Part shown: positions 9,575 through 20,300 of the stretch, piece by piece | How positions within the stretch are numbered: the first letter of the stretch is position 1 | Layout: each line of letters begins with the position of its first letter | IMG/VR virus record: IMGVR_UViG_3300044641_001047 | Coordinates: 1 to 64,000 of that record | Direction: 5' to 3' (one strand) | Source of the DNA: a virus | Length of the DNA: 64,000 nt | Notes under the pieces: model-generated | The model's input: only the letters and a program-made list of their open reading frames with translations | What the model was told of the DNA's origin: nothing | The model's database searches: none | Translations under genes and position numbers: made by a program

Positions 9575-9770
9575 CTTATTAGCATCAGTAATCATGGATC
9601 TGAAGATCCGTGAAGAAAGAGGATTAGCAACATACGGTACAACTATGGATAGGAAGGACCTATCTAAACAAGAGTGGCTGCAACATGCCTATGAAGAAGC
9701 TCTTGATTTAGTTCTGTACCTTAAGAAGCTGATGGAGGAGAATGATAAGCTCAAAATAAAAGAGCAATAG
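9558..9770 (+). CDS. Small all-alpha MazG-like nucleotide pyrophosphohydrolase family protein
   Basis: GLATYGTTMDR..WLQHAYEEALDLVLYL (EExxD helix). Ends in TAG. Confidence 0.55.
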   Translation: MNQPSNLLASVIMDLKIREERGLATYGTTMDRKDLSKQEWLQHAYEEALDLVLYLKKLMEENDKLKIKEQ

Positions 9771-9771
9771 G

Positions 9772-9793
9772 AAAGGGGCGAAAGCCCCTTTTT
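9772..9793. terminator. Bidirectional terminator between the convergent replication and virion modules
   Basis: AAAGGGGC-GAAA-GCCCCTTTTT, located between convergent stops at 9770 and 9802. Confidence 0.9.
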
Positions 9794-9801
9794 ATAGCCC
9801 A

Positions 9802-12800
9802 TTACATTGGAGCTCCTGTAAAGAATTTCAGTGCTTCCTCTGGAGTCTGTGACTGTTCGATACCTCTTAAGATTGGTATAAGTTTTTCAGTCATAGCTGC
9901 AGTTTTAGAATCTCCTCTAACATGAACACCAGACTTTCTTTGATAATAAATATCTTTTTCTATCCCATCTAATTCGTACCCGAATAATTCTCCTGTCCTG
10001 TAAGGCAGTTCTCTTACCACAAGTTGCTTTAACAATTTAGCAGCATCTACAATTGGACGTAGAGTTGCACTTGGAGACATGATGAATCTATACATATCAG
10101 GTATTCCAATTACTGGGATAAACTGCCCTAATTCTGCATTCATTCTCAAAGCTTGATAAGCAAGGAATGGAGTTACATATTCATCATCATCGTCATCTTT
10201 GAGAGAGCTGACAAGTAAACTTCCAATTGCCATAGTTGCAAGCCACATACTAAGTTCTGTTGCAGTTTGTTTTACATTAGCTTTCTCCATCGGAGTCATA
10301 GCCTTGAACACAGACCCGAATTTAAATCCTCCTTGTACTACTTCGTTTATATATCTGCCAAAGCTTATATACATACCTTCAGAGATTGTATCGGTCTCAA
10401 GATCTAAGTGTAGCTGATCTCCGTATCCAAATCTCTTTCTAAGACCAGGTTGGAAGTATCGTCTGAACAGCAAAGCCATCTTACCATACCATCTTCTGTT
10501 TGCCATTGGGTCATCAAACTTAGTCTTGATCTGGTTAGTTCTTTTGTACATCCCCGATACAAGGTTGATGTAGTTTATCTTCTTAAAGTTTGCAACTTTA
10601 GGGTCTATTCTCCATTTACCTTTTTCATCTTGAATATAAACTTCGTATAGATTAGCAGGCTTGCCCTCTTCATTTAAAATAACATTGCCTGCTTTATCTT
10701 TAAGTTTACCTCTGTACGAGTCGGCTAGTGCTAGTCCTCTAGTTACAGCAGTTTCGTGTTCTGCTGCACTTTGCAAGAAGAACAAAGAGCTCTTATCTAT
10801 AGCTTTAACAATTCTATTTCCAGTTCTCTTATCTCTAAAGTCTTCTAGGCTATCTTGAAGGAGATCAAAGTCATCTATAAATCTGGCAAGCTTCGAAGTC
10901 TTTTTAAATTTACCAGCATCAGTTACAGACTCTCCACTAAAAAGTGCTTTTGTATATGTACTCTTTGCCCAGAATAAGTTTGACTTATTTACAAATCTTC
11001 CTGAGATTGCCTCTTCTATAATTTTTTCATTATCGATAAAGTATTGGTTGGCTGCTTGAAGAGCATTCAGTGCCAAAGCATTCATAGCTGTGAAACTTAC
11101 TATCTTGTTAGATAGTTTATTTACACTAATTGTTTTTCCAAATATGTTTAACTCTTGCTTAAGCTCTTCTTCACCAAAGAATATTCTATCTATAAATTCT
11201 GTAAGATGTTTGAAGTTATTAGACTGCTCATCTAGTCTTCTACTTTGACGAGACAGCCCAAGTTTATTAGCAGCATGGCTGGCAAATGGAATGTTATTGG
11301 CTGTTACGTCAAGTACTTCTCTACGTTCAATGATATCTCTCATCACGATTACAGAGCCAGCAATTTCTGACTTTCTTTTAAACATATTTGCCATTCCAGC
11401 AAATGTTATTATCGTGCTCCCGATATCGTGGCTAACATACTTAGCATCTGTTGGGGTCGTAAAGTTGATAGGTATGATTTTATTTCTCTGCTCTTTGTTA
11501 GCATTTATAGATGCCCCATATGCATCATCAGTCTCAAGAAACGTAAACCCTCTAGTTGTGTAGTCCTTAAGAGAAGAGAATACATTGTAGTTATCTTGCT
11601 GAAGTCTTTCAAATCCTTCTGATTCTACAGACGGCACTGCATAAGATATAGTATCCCAATCATTTTTAATTTGATTATTAGGACCTAGGTATTTCTGCAT
11701 TCTAGTGTAAACCTCAATAAGCTTATCATAGTAAGCTTTAGTTGCTGGATTACCATTCTGTATTGCCTCATACTTTGGGTTAAGATACTTATCATTAGGG
11801 CGTACAACTGTTCCCTTGAACTGATCATTCAATTTGTCATACATAGCATTAGCTTGAGACCTAAGTTCTATAAGTCTAGCTTCTGCAATAGCATGCTTAT
11901 CTGCATCTGGTTCTCTCCCTGAAATATAGTGCTTTTGTACAAGAGCTTTTACCTCTTCAATTTTCTTCCCTATCTTATCAAACTCTTTCTTACCTTCTTC
12001 TGTTAATCTTGTATTGGTCTTATACCAACTAGCTACATCTCTGTAGTATGCTGCTCCCTTTGCTGACCTTTTCCATTTGAGATACTCATCTCTGTCTACG
12101 TTCTTTGGCTTACCGTGCTTTTCAGCAAGGCTCTTCTTCATAGCATAGAGCTCAGAGTTAAACTTAGTCACATCGTACTTCTGTACAAGTGTTAAGATCT
12201 CCATTGGCTTTCGTCTTCCTGACTCAGGATCAAGAACGTAGTAAGTATGTGTCTCAAGTATGTCAGAGTTAAACTCTACTGGGTTGATTCCAGTTCCTTT
12301 AACTGCAGCAAATGCTTCGTAGGATGGAGCTAGCTCATCAACAATTTCTCTTACATCGTCAGATGCTTGGTACAGTTTGCTTTTAACCATAGATCCAAAC
12401 AGCTGAATAGATATCTGAGAAGAGTACATTATAGGATCCATGTACACTGAGTATCCACTCTTATCTGTCTGTGCATCTCTTAGCTCACTGATCAAAGTCT
12501 CTCTACCAACTATCTTATTTTTAATCTGCTCTGTATTAAGTTTAACAACAGCAGCTTTAAATTCTTCTTTGGTTAATTTTTTATCTTCAAGTTGCTTTTT
12601 TAACCTCTTATACCTATCATCTTTTCTTAGATTAAATGTCCGTTGATTGTCGGTCATGTTCTGAACAAGATCTTTAATCTCCTCGTTTATTCCATCTGTC
12701 ATGTAGTCAAGTAGAAGGTCAACTTGGAGGGGAATGGCTTCGTCTATATAAAATTTTTGCTGACGCTCTAGTTTATTTATAGATTCTAAAAGCTTCTTTT

Positions 12801-14364
12801 CTACTACTGATAATGCAGAGTTAGACTTATTGCTTTTAGCAAGCTCTTCTTGCTTACTTATAATAATGTTCTTTAGTCTCCCTATAACACTATCTTCAGC
12901 AAATGTCCCAGCTGTTAGATCTTTAATATTATTCCCAAGATTAAATAACTGATTAGATAATGCATGTTTTTCTGCTTCCTCTAATTTATCGTACTTGCCA
13001 TCAAATCTTTTTATTTTATCTACGATCTCTTGGTTCTTAGCTGTTACACGGCCTACATAGTTTACAAATCCTGCAAAAGCTTCTATCCTATTGAGGGTTG
13101 TATATTTGTTTTTAGATTGTTCATCTTTAAACTTATAACGTAACTCTTTGAATTTCTCAAGCTGAGCCTTTAGTTCTATAACATCCTCATCACTCTTGAA
13201 AGGATTAGACTCAAGTTTATCTAGCTGTTGTTGTAAAGTTTCACTTGTTACTTCAAGGAAGTCATTAAACTCCCTCATCTTTTTATCGAGTTCTCTACTT
13301 TGCTGAGTTTCCTTTGAAAGCTCCCCTACAAGTTCTTCTTTAGATAATCTACGACTAAGAAGTTTGGTAACCAGCTGATCTACTGCAGAGTCTGATATCC
13401 CGAATATCTCTTTAATTCTTCTGATCAGTTTGTTAACAGCTGTCTGCAATTTGTTACTAGGCTTAGCAACTCTTTTAGCCCCTTCTCTTCCCAACATAGT
13501 TATAAGAGTTTCTTTTGCCGCAGCCTCATCTGTAAATCCATAGACTTCTTTAACCTCTTCAAACAATGCAGACTTTTTTGCAATCTCCATTGCTTGTTTA
13601 ACCAATGGGTTGTCTACCCCAAGAAGGTCTATAAGTATATGACTGAACTCGTGTATGTGAGTATCAGCTGTCATCTTCAGAGGGTTAAGAACTACCTTAG
13701 CAGTATTCTGATCTACTCTGCTAACCTCTCCCTTACTGTCTATATCGGTGCTAAACTCTACCTCGACAGTCATACCTACCTCAGCAAATGTTTCTTTAAG
13801 ATGCTGTAGCTGTTCCTCAAGGTTTGGAATGTCTTCAAATGGAGCATCACTCTTAAGAGCCTTAGATTTATCAATAGGTTTTTGCTCAAACAATGCCAGC
13901 TGCTTCCCTTCTCTAAGAGATTTAATCTGAGAGAGTATAATATTCTCATCCTTAGTAGGAATAACAGCTTGCCTTGAAACAGATATAGCTCCTTCATAAT
14001 AAGACGGATTAATAGACAGTTTTGCTGAATACCCCCCTAATTTAGTATGTCTTATAGAATCAGGGATAAGAAAATTTTGAGACATCGATTTAAGTGAATT
14101 CCCAAAATGCAGTAGTACTGTATTGTTTATTCTCTCAACTATGGTTCCTTTTCCATTTGGGTGCCCTTTATATATAATGCTTCCGTCATTATCGTATTTA
14201 AAGTGTTGTGGGAATCCATCTACCAAAGCATCTTTGATAATTCTGTTTGCCTTATCTAAAGGAACAGATGAGTCTAAGCTCTCAATTGCACTGAAAACTT
14301 TTTCATATGCTGGAGATGGCTCTGGATATTGACTTAAATATGTTTCGTAAACTTTACAGCCCAT
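9802..14364 (-). CDS. Giant virion-ejected protein (third of the vRNAP trio) with zincin-like HExxH domain
   Basis: 1520 aa, helical/charged. HIHEFSH motif (HEFSH at 13639-13653), hydrophobic segment near the C-terminus. Directly downstream of vRNAP. Confidence 0.75.
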   Translation of the reverse strand: MGCKVYETYLSQYPEPSPAYEKVFSAIESLDSSVPLDKANRIIKDALVDGFPQHFKYDNDGSIIYKGHPNGKGTIVERINNTVLLHFGNSLKSMSQNFLIPDSIRHTKLGGYSAKLSINPSYYEGAISVSRQAVIPTKDENIILSQIKSLREGKQLALFEQKPIDKSKALKSDAPFEDIPNLEEQLQHLKETFAEVGMTVEVEFSTDIDSKGEVSRVDQNTAKVVLNPLKMTADTHIHEFSHILIDLLGVDNPLVKQAMEIAKKSALFEEVKEVYGFTDEAAAKETLITMLGREGAKRVAKPSNKLQTAVNKLIRRIKEIFGISDSAVDQLVTKLLSRRLSKEELVGELSKETQQSRELDKKMREFNDFLEVTSETLQQQLDKLESNPFKSDEDVIELKAQLEKFKELRYKFKDEQSKNKYTTLNRIEAFAGFVNYVGRVTAKNQEIVDKIKRFDGKYDKLEEAEKHALSNQLFNLGNNIKDLTAGTFAEDSVIGRLKNIIISKQEELAKSNKSNSALSVVEKKLLESINKLERQQKFYIDEAIPLQVDLLLDYMTDGINEEIKDLVQNMTDNQRTFNLRKDDRYKRLKKQLEDKKLTKEEFKAAVVKLNTEQIKNKIVGRETLISELRDAQTDKSGYSVYMDPIMYSSQISIQLFGSMVKSKLYQASDDVREIVDELAPSYEAFAAVKGTGINPVEFNSDILETHTYYVLDPESGRRKPMEILTLVQKYDVTKFNSELYAMKKSLAEKHGKPKNVDRDEYLKWKRSAKGAAYYRDVASWYKTNTRLTEEGKKEFDKIGKKIEEVKALVQKHYISGREPDADKHAIAEARLIELRSQANAMYDKLNDQFKGTVVRPNDKYLNPKYEAIQNGNPATKAYYDKLIEVYTRMQKYLGPNNQIKNDWDTISYAVPSVESEGFERLQQDNYNVFSSLKDYTTRGFTFLETDDAYGASINANKEQRNKIIPINFTTPTDAKYVSHDIGSTIITFAGMANMFKRKSEIAGSVIVMRDIIERREVLDVTANNIPFASHAANKLGLSRQSRRLDEQSNNFKHLTEFIDRIFFGEEELKQELNIFGKTISVNKLSNKIVSFTAMNALALNALQAANQYFIDNEKIIEEAISGRFVNKSNLFWAKSTYTKALFSGESVTDAGKFKKTSKLARFIDDFDLLQDSLEDFRDKRTGNRIVKAIDKSSLFFLQSAAEHETAVTRGLALADSYRGKLKDKAGNVILNEEGKPANLYEVYIQDEKGKWRIDPKVANFKKINYINLVSGMYKRTNQIKTKFDDPMANRRWYGKMALLFRRYFQPGLRKRFGYGDQLHLDLETDTISEGMYISFGRYINEVVQGGFKFGSVFKAMTPMEKANVKQTATELSMWLATMAIGSLLVSSLKDDDDDEYVTPFLAYQALRMNAELGQFIPVIGIPDMYRFIMSPSATLRPIVDAAKLLKQLVVRELPYRTGELFGYELDGIEKDIYYQRKSGVHVRGDSKTAAMTEKLIPILRGIEQSQTPEEALKFFTGAPM

Positions 14365-14374
14365 GTTATTTATT

Positions 14375-17300
14375 TTAAAGCATACATATTTGGGTGATGT
14401 CCCCTTTTTTCTCTTCGTCCATTGTGTTATCTAAGAAGACATCTAACTTCTCTATTACAGAATCTATTGGCTTACTTTTTCCTACAACTCTTGGGTAAAG
14501 AGTAGCTCCCCCAACAAGGTGTTTTTTTTCGTTAGTAGTTTTACCTAACACCATATACTTTCCTATTTTTCCATCTTTTGATATACTACCAAGAATATAA
14601 ACATCAGAGTCTGTTTTAGTTCTAACTACAAGAGCTGAAGGAATAGATGAGTATTCTTCTAAATTGATATCAATTTCTTTATCAGGCTTTCCTACTTCAT
14701 CAAAGTTTTTACGTTGTAAAAGGTTACTTCCACCAGGTCTCATCTCCCCAAATATTCTTAGGAATCTAAGCATATCCTCCCCCTCAAAGTACCTACCATT
14801 AGCCATTTTCATTGCCTGCTCATGAAGATAATCAGAAATGCTTATAGGTTCTAGATCTTCAGCGGTTCTATCCATAGGTTGGGTAAGGAATCTTGGGGGT
14901 AACAAGTCTGCAAAGTTAAATGGAGTTTGCTTAAATCCATTGGCAATAAGTGTATGCATTGCTAATTTATTACCTAAAGTCTTGATATCTTCAACTCCTT
15001 TCTTACGTTCAGCTATTTCTTTTTCTGTTGCCCCCTTTCTAAGTCTTGGTAAAAACTTCTCAGGTCTGTACAACATATCAGTAAGGTCATTGATGATTCT
15101 ATCCTTCTCATTTACTGTATACTGTTGCTGAGCATCAAACTGCAAGCTTCTAAAAGTCTTACTATTCTTGTTATCAGGATCTTCAGTAATCTTTACAAAG
15201 AACTCATTACCTGCAAGCTTAGGGTATTTCTTTAAAATCATGGACATCTGCTTAAGCAGTGTTGACTTGTTTTTACTTGTACGATAGTTCTCATCACTAT
15301 ACCCTTTACCAAAAAATGCTTTGAGTGGAGAGTCCTGCCTTGTAAGAATTGTGAATATTATTGCAGAGTTTATATCTCTGTGCTGATCACTTGTAAATGT
15401 ATTAGTAGGTGGAGCTGCTATCTTTCTCAAAGTATTCTTAAATCCTATGAACTCAGATGATAATGTCATTGGGAACAGTATTGATGCTACCCCTAATGTT
15501 TCAGATATCATTTTATAGTAGCCTCTCTGTAATCCATATGGAGAATCTTCATCAAGAACTTGTTCGATTATACTCTCTGACATATTTCTTCCGTATAGAG
15601 CTATAGGGGCATTGTCTACAAATCCATCTTTAGGGTTTGCAAACTTTTCCATTCTCTCCATATAGGCCTGCATAGCTTCTACTCTATTCAAACCATCCAT
15701 GCTATCAGGAGTAATGACCTTAAACATTTCTACAATCTGTCTTCCTCCAGAGTACATCTTCATAAAGTTTCTTAAAGCTACTGCAGGGGGTAGAGTAAAA
15801 TTCATTATATCCTCTCTAGACATTGCAGTAGTCCTTTCAATTCTTTTATAATTATTTGCTATCTCAGTCTCTGGGTTTATACCGTGTAGAGCAGCAGCTT
15901 GACGATACCCATTGTTAACCATTGCAAGGTTATTGTTGTACTTATCAGACATTATGTTTACAAAATCTCTGATGATAGGCTGGTTAAGGAAGAAGTGCAT
16001 TAACTCTGTATCACCGTAGAAATTAATCCATAGAACTTCTACAGGGAAAGTAACTTCATTATCATTGATGATGTAGTGGAATGGATTCTTAGAAGCATCC
16101 ACGGCAGCATTAAGATATCGAGAGATAATTTTATCTGTAAATTCCAAGTGATCGTATGCTGCAAATGGGTTATCTACTTGAGTAAGAAACTTAGTATTTA
16201 TTTTCTCTCCTGCTATCTTAACAGCAAATGAGTCAAATAGATTTATGTCTAAGTGTTGAGCTACATTCCTTCCTGCAAGAGCATTAGACCACTTACCTCT
16301 CAGCTTGTTACCAAGAAGGTTTCTAACAGCACTGTTGGTATGGTACATACCCCCTGTAAACATTGGGATATCTTCAAGGTCAGGCATTTTTTCAAGGATA
16401 CTGTCTTTGATATTACCAAGTGCAGCTGTGTCCAAAGGGCTAAGAGTTTCAGAGAAGTGAATAGGGCTACTGAGTACAGCCTCCATTGTATCAATGAAGA
16501 TATTATTAAGCTGCTTCTCATTTAGTTTTGTAACCAATTCAGGATTGCTGGCAAGTTCTGCATAATTAGCAGATTCTTTAACCATAACCCCATCCTTCAT
16601 GCTAACCTCAGGGAAAAGCAAAAACATTTTATCGACGTCAAAGTCAGATCCCATAAGCTTAACAAGCTGTGGTGGGACTACAATTGCTTTAGCATAATTA
16701 TCAGGTAGGACAGCTTTAATCTTTAGAATAACCATAGATGCCTTATCCTGGTTGGGGATACGATAACCAATAATTCTTCTAAGCTCTTCTGGGATGTTAT
16801 CTAAATTGATCTCCCCTTCAGGTAAGTTAAACTTTCTAAGTACATCAGCTCTTATCATTATCTCTGCATGTGCCAATCTGACTCCATACTTTGTATTGTT
16901 TGGATCATCTTCAATCTCCAAGAACTTAAGGGTTTCATTAGTCTCAAACCCACCAAGAGCTGCAGTCTGCACAGCCTCTGTCCCAGATAGCCTTTGCTTA
17001 AATACATTGTTGTTGTATATGCTAAGCAAAGCTGATTGAAACTTTTTACCAAATACAGGGTAGTCAAGTGGAATTGCAAATCTTGGGATAAGAGTATCAG
17101 GATCTATAGTGATATCAAGAGCATCTAGATAGTTCTGGCTCATATCTCTTTCGATAGCCTGCTTCTCAAGAATGGTACGTATATTTTTAAGCAGTTCTAG
17201 CTTAGCATTTATAAAATCTTCTGAGCTCTTAAGGTGACTGATATTAACCTTACCCTTAACCTTATGCCCTTCTACAAGATTAGCAATTGCTTTACGGAAT

Positions 17301-20300
17301 TTATCTAATCCAATCTCCTTATCTACACTTTCCATATCCCGTCGAATCTTCTCTTCGATGGCATTGTGGTAGATTTGAGTCATTACATCTCCGACAACTT
17401 CTACAGAACCTTCTAGACCTGAGTTATAGTAATAGAGTCCAGCAGGATCTACGTTAGCAATAGAGTTTTTCTTAGCCTGTCTGTTAAAGATTACATCACT
17501 TGTACCTTTAGGATCAGGTATTATCTGTGGGAATCTTAGTTTAGAAGAGTCTTGTTTAATGATTACAACGTCTTCCATCATACCAGGTCTGTACCTTTCT
17601 ACCTCTTGTCCATTCTCATAAACAATCTCAGTATTCTTTGACAGATTGTAAGGCTCAGTCTTTAAACTCTTCTTAGTACTGAATGCATTAAATACATGGA
17701 CAGGCTGCAGATCATTTCTTCCTGCATAAGCCCCAGACAACTCCATACGTTGTCTTACATCATCCATGATTGGGAAGCTTCTTGTATAATCTTCTACAAG
17801 TGGGAAGTAGGCATTCTTCTGAATCTCTGTCAGAAGTACTCCACCTACACTTTTAACATCTTCATAGTAAGGCTTAAGAGGTTTAATGATTACAGGATCT
17901 CCAGCTTTCATTCCTTTAGGGACAAAGTTTTCTTGATATACAATACCTCCAATACTTCCTCTTTTCTTATATGCTCTGAATGCTTCTATCTCATTTTCTC
18001 CCCACTCTCCTAATCCTTCAGCTATGTATCGATACATATCAATACTGATAATAGCCAGACCATCGGTATCTTCAAAGGTGCCAGGGTTATAGCCTAGCAT
18101 GAATGCTATGTCATCATCTGTATATGGGTCTCCAGTCTTAGGGTTAATTATAGATTTAAGTTTTCCCATAGTACGAGATACATACGATTTTGAAAACTCT
18201 TCTATTGCTTTAGTTATATTACCCCTTGGGTCAAGGAATGTAGATTCATTGAATTCTGGGATCATACCATACTCTTCAACTCCGTCAGCTGGTTTTACTC
18301 CGAGTGTACCTCTGATAGCAGTCAATGTACCTGGAGTTCCAAGTAGTCGTTGACGTTTAGTAAAGGCATCTAGAGAAGCAAAAGCAGCTCTGTTACCACG
18401 AGTAAGCTTTATAATTTCTGCAGTCCCTACATCCTCATGAATAATAAACTCTTTTAGAAGACCTTTTATTGTAAGGACTTTCTTCATCACAGCAGTATCT
18501 TCTTTACTCAGTCCTTCCAAAGCTTCTGCTTCATCAGCTTCCTTTAACTTTGAAAACCTTTTAGCTTCTTTAAGATCTACATCCCCATATCTTCCAGACT
18601 GTATAATCTTTTTTGCCATTACTTCTGCAGCTTGATCGTAGAATAGAGTAAGATTTGAAATCATCTGTGACATTAAATTCTCAAACTGCTTTAAATCTCC
18701 AGTAGGAGTTTCACCAGCTTTTTTAACTTTAATGTAATCTTCTACATAGTCAGACATTTTCATCTGAACCCCATTAGATTTAATCATATAGTCCTGGACA
18801 ATCCTTTCACCAGTCTTACTATTAATTCCATCTAATTGCATGTACTTACCTGACCCGTCTATACCAAGCATTTTACCTGTATGATAATCAATAGCTTTAG
18901 TAGCATTTGGATCATCAATAGTCCTTTGAGCTTGTCTGATTCTCAATAGGTCTTGAAGAATCATATCTCTAAATACCAGAGAATTAGTCTTATAGTCTAG
19001 TTTAGTGTTACCATGGCCTCTAAGTCTAGGCATAAGCATAAACTCTAGATCCTCACGGTCTGCTTGAGTTGGAATAGCACAATAGAAATAATCTTCTTTT
19101 CCATTATTTATAAAGTGATACAGCCTTGTAAATATGTGGTCAATAGTATTGAAGTTTCCATATGCTTCTCCCTCTGCCTCATCAGCTCTTTTGATTACGT
19201 CTGCACTTACAGTACGTAGATCACTGAGATATTGAGGGTTTAGGATCATATGTCTATAGATCATACTATATCCATCCGTACCACTTTTATGATCATGAAT
19301 GTGAAATGGGTCAGTCTTTTGCAACTTAAGTGCATTCTCCCCATTCTTCTCTACATCGGTTTTAATATTAATAATTATGTCGTCAACAGGAGTTCTATGT
19401 TGAATAGGCCATATAGCCTTCCCTTCTCCATTAACGTGGCTCTCTGCAGAGTTAGACATAAACAGTGGGGCCAAGCTTCCTAGGAACTTTACACCAGATT
19501 TCTCTGTATCAAAGAATGGTGTTATATCCTTTTTAGTGTCTCCAAAAAGAGGAACCCCTTTAGAGTCTGTCTCAACTTCAACAAAAGAACTAATTATCGA
19601 GTAAAGACCAGAGTTTTCTACGATATAATCGAAGAGGCCTTTACCATTTAATTTTTCAAGACCCTTTTTCTTCTGCCTTACATACATACCTGCACTCATA
19701 AGACTCTGCAGGTTGTCAATTGTCTCATCTATATTGTAGTCATTCCCAAAGTTAATTCCTAAATTCCATAAAGTGTTAGCTAAAGCTATCACTGCTACTG
19801 ATGGCTCCCCTTCTTTACTAGGAAGAAAGTCTTTGTCCTGACTTGATCTCTTCTTACGAATCTCTGAAAGAGTTTTAAATGACTCTTTTACTGCTTCAAG
19901 TTTACTTTTATTTACAGTAAATGTAGATTTATCTTCTCCCTGTTCATTTTCTTCTACATTTTTATTGTATAGGGCTCTACTTTCAGAGTTTTCAATTGCC
20001 TGCCCATCTACTTGTATTGCATTATTTCTCCATTTTCTTACAGCTTTCTGCTCTGTAGTAGTAACATTAGAGTCAAAGATTTTACTCTTCTTCCCCATAA
20101 TTACAATATGTGTCTTATTTACTGTAGTAGCAAAGTTGCTGAACAGTGCAGACTTCTCCTTAGGACTCATTCTTCTTATGCCACGAGCAATAGATTTATA
20201 GTCATCTCTATGCAGGGCAAAGTTTTCAAGCTTTATCATCATTTCCTCAAACGTCCCTGTATCTGACCACAGTTCTAATAGCTGCTTGTATACAAAATTA

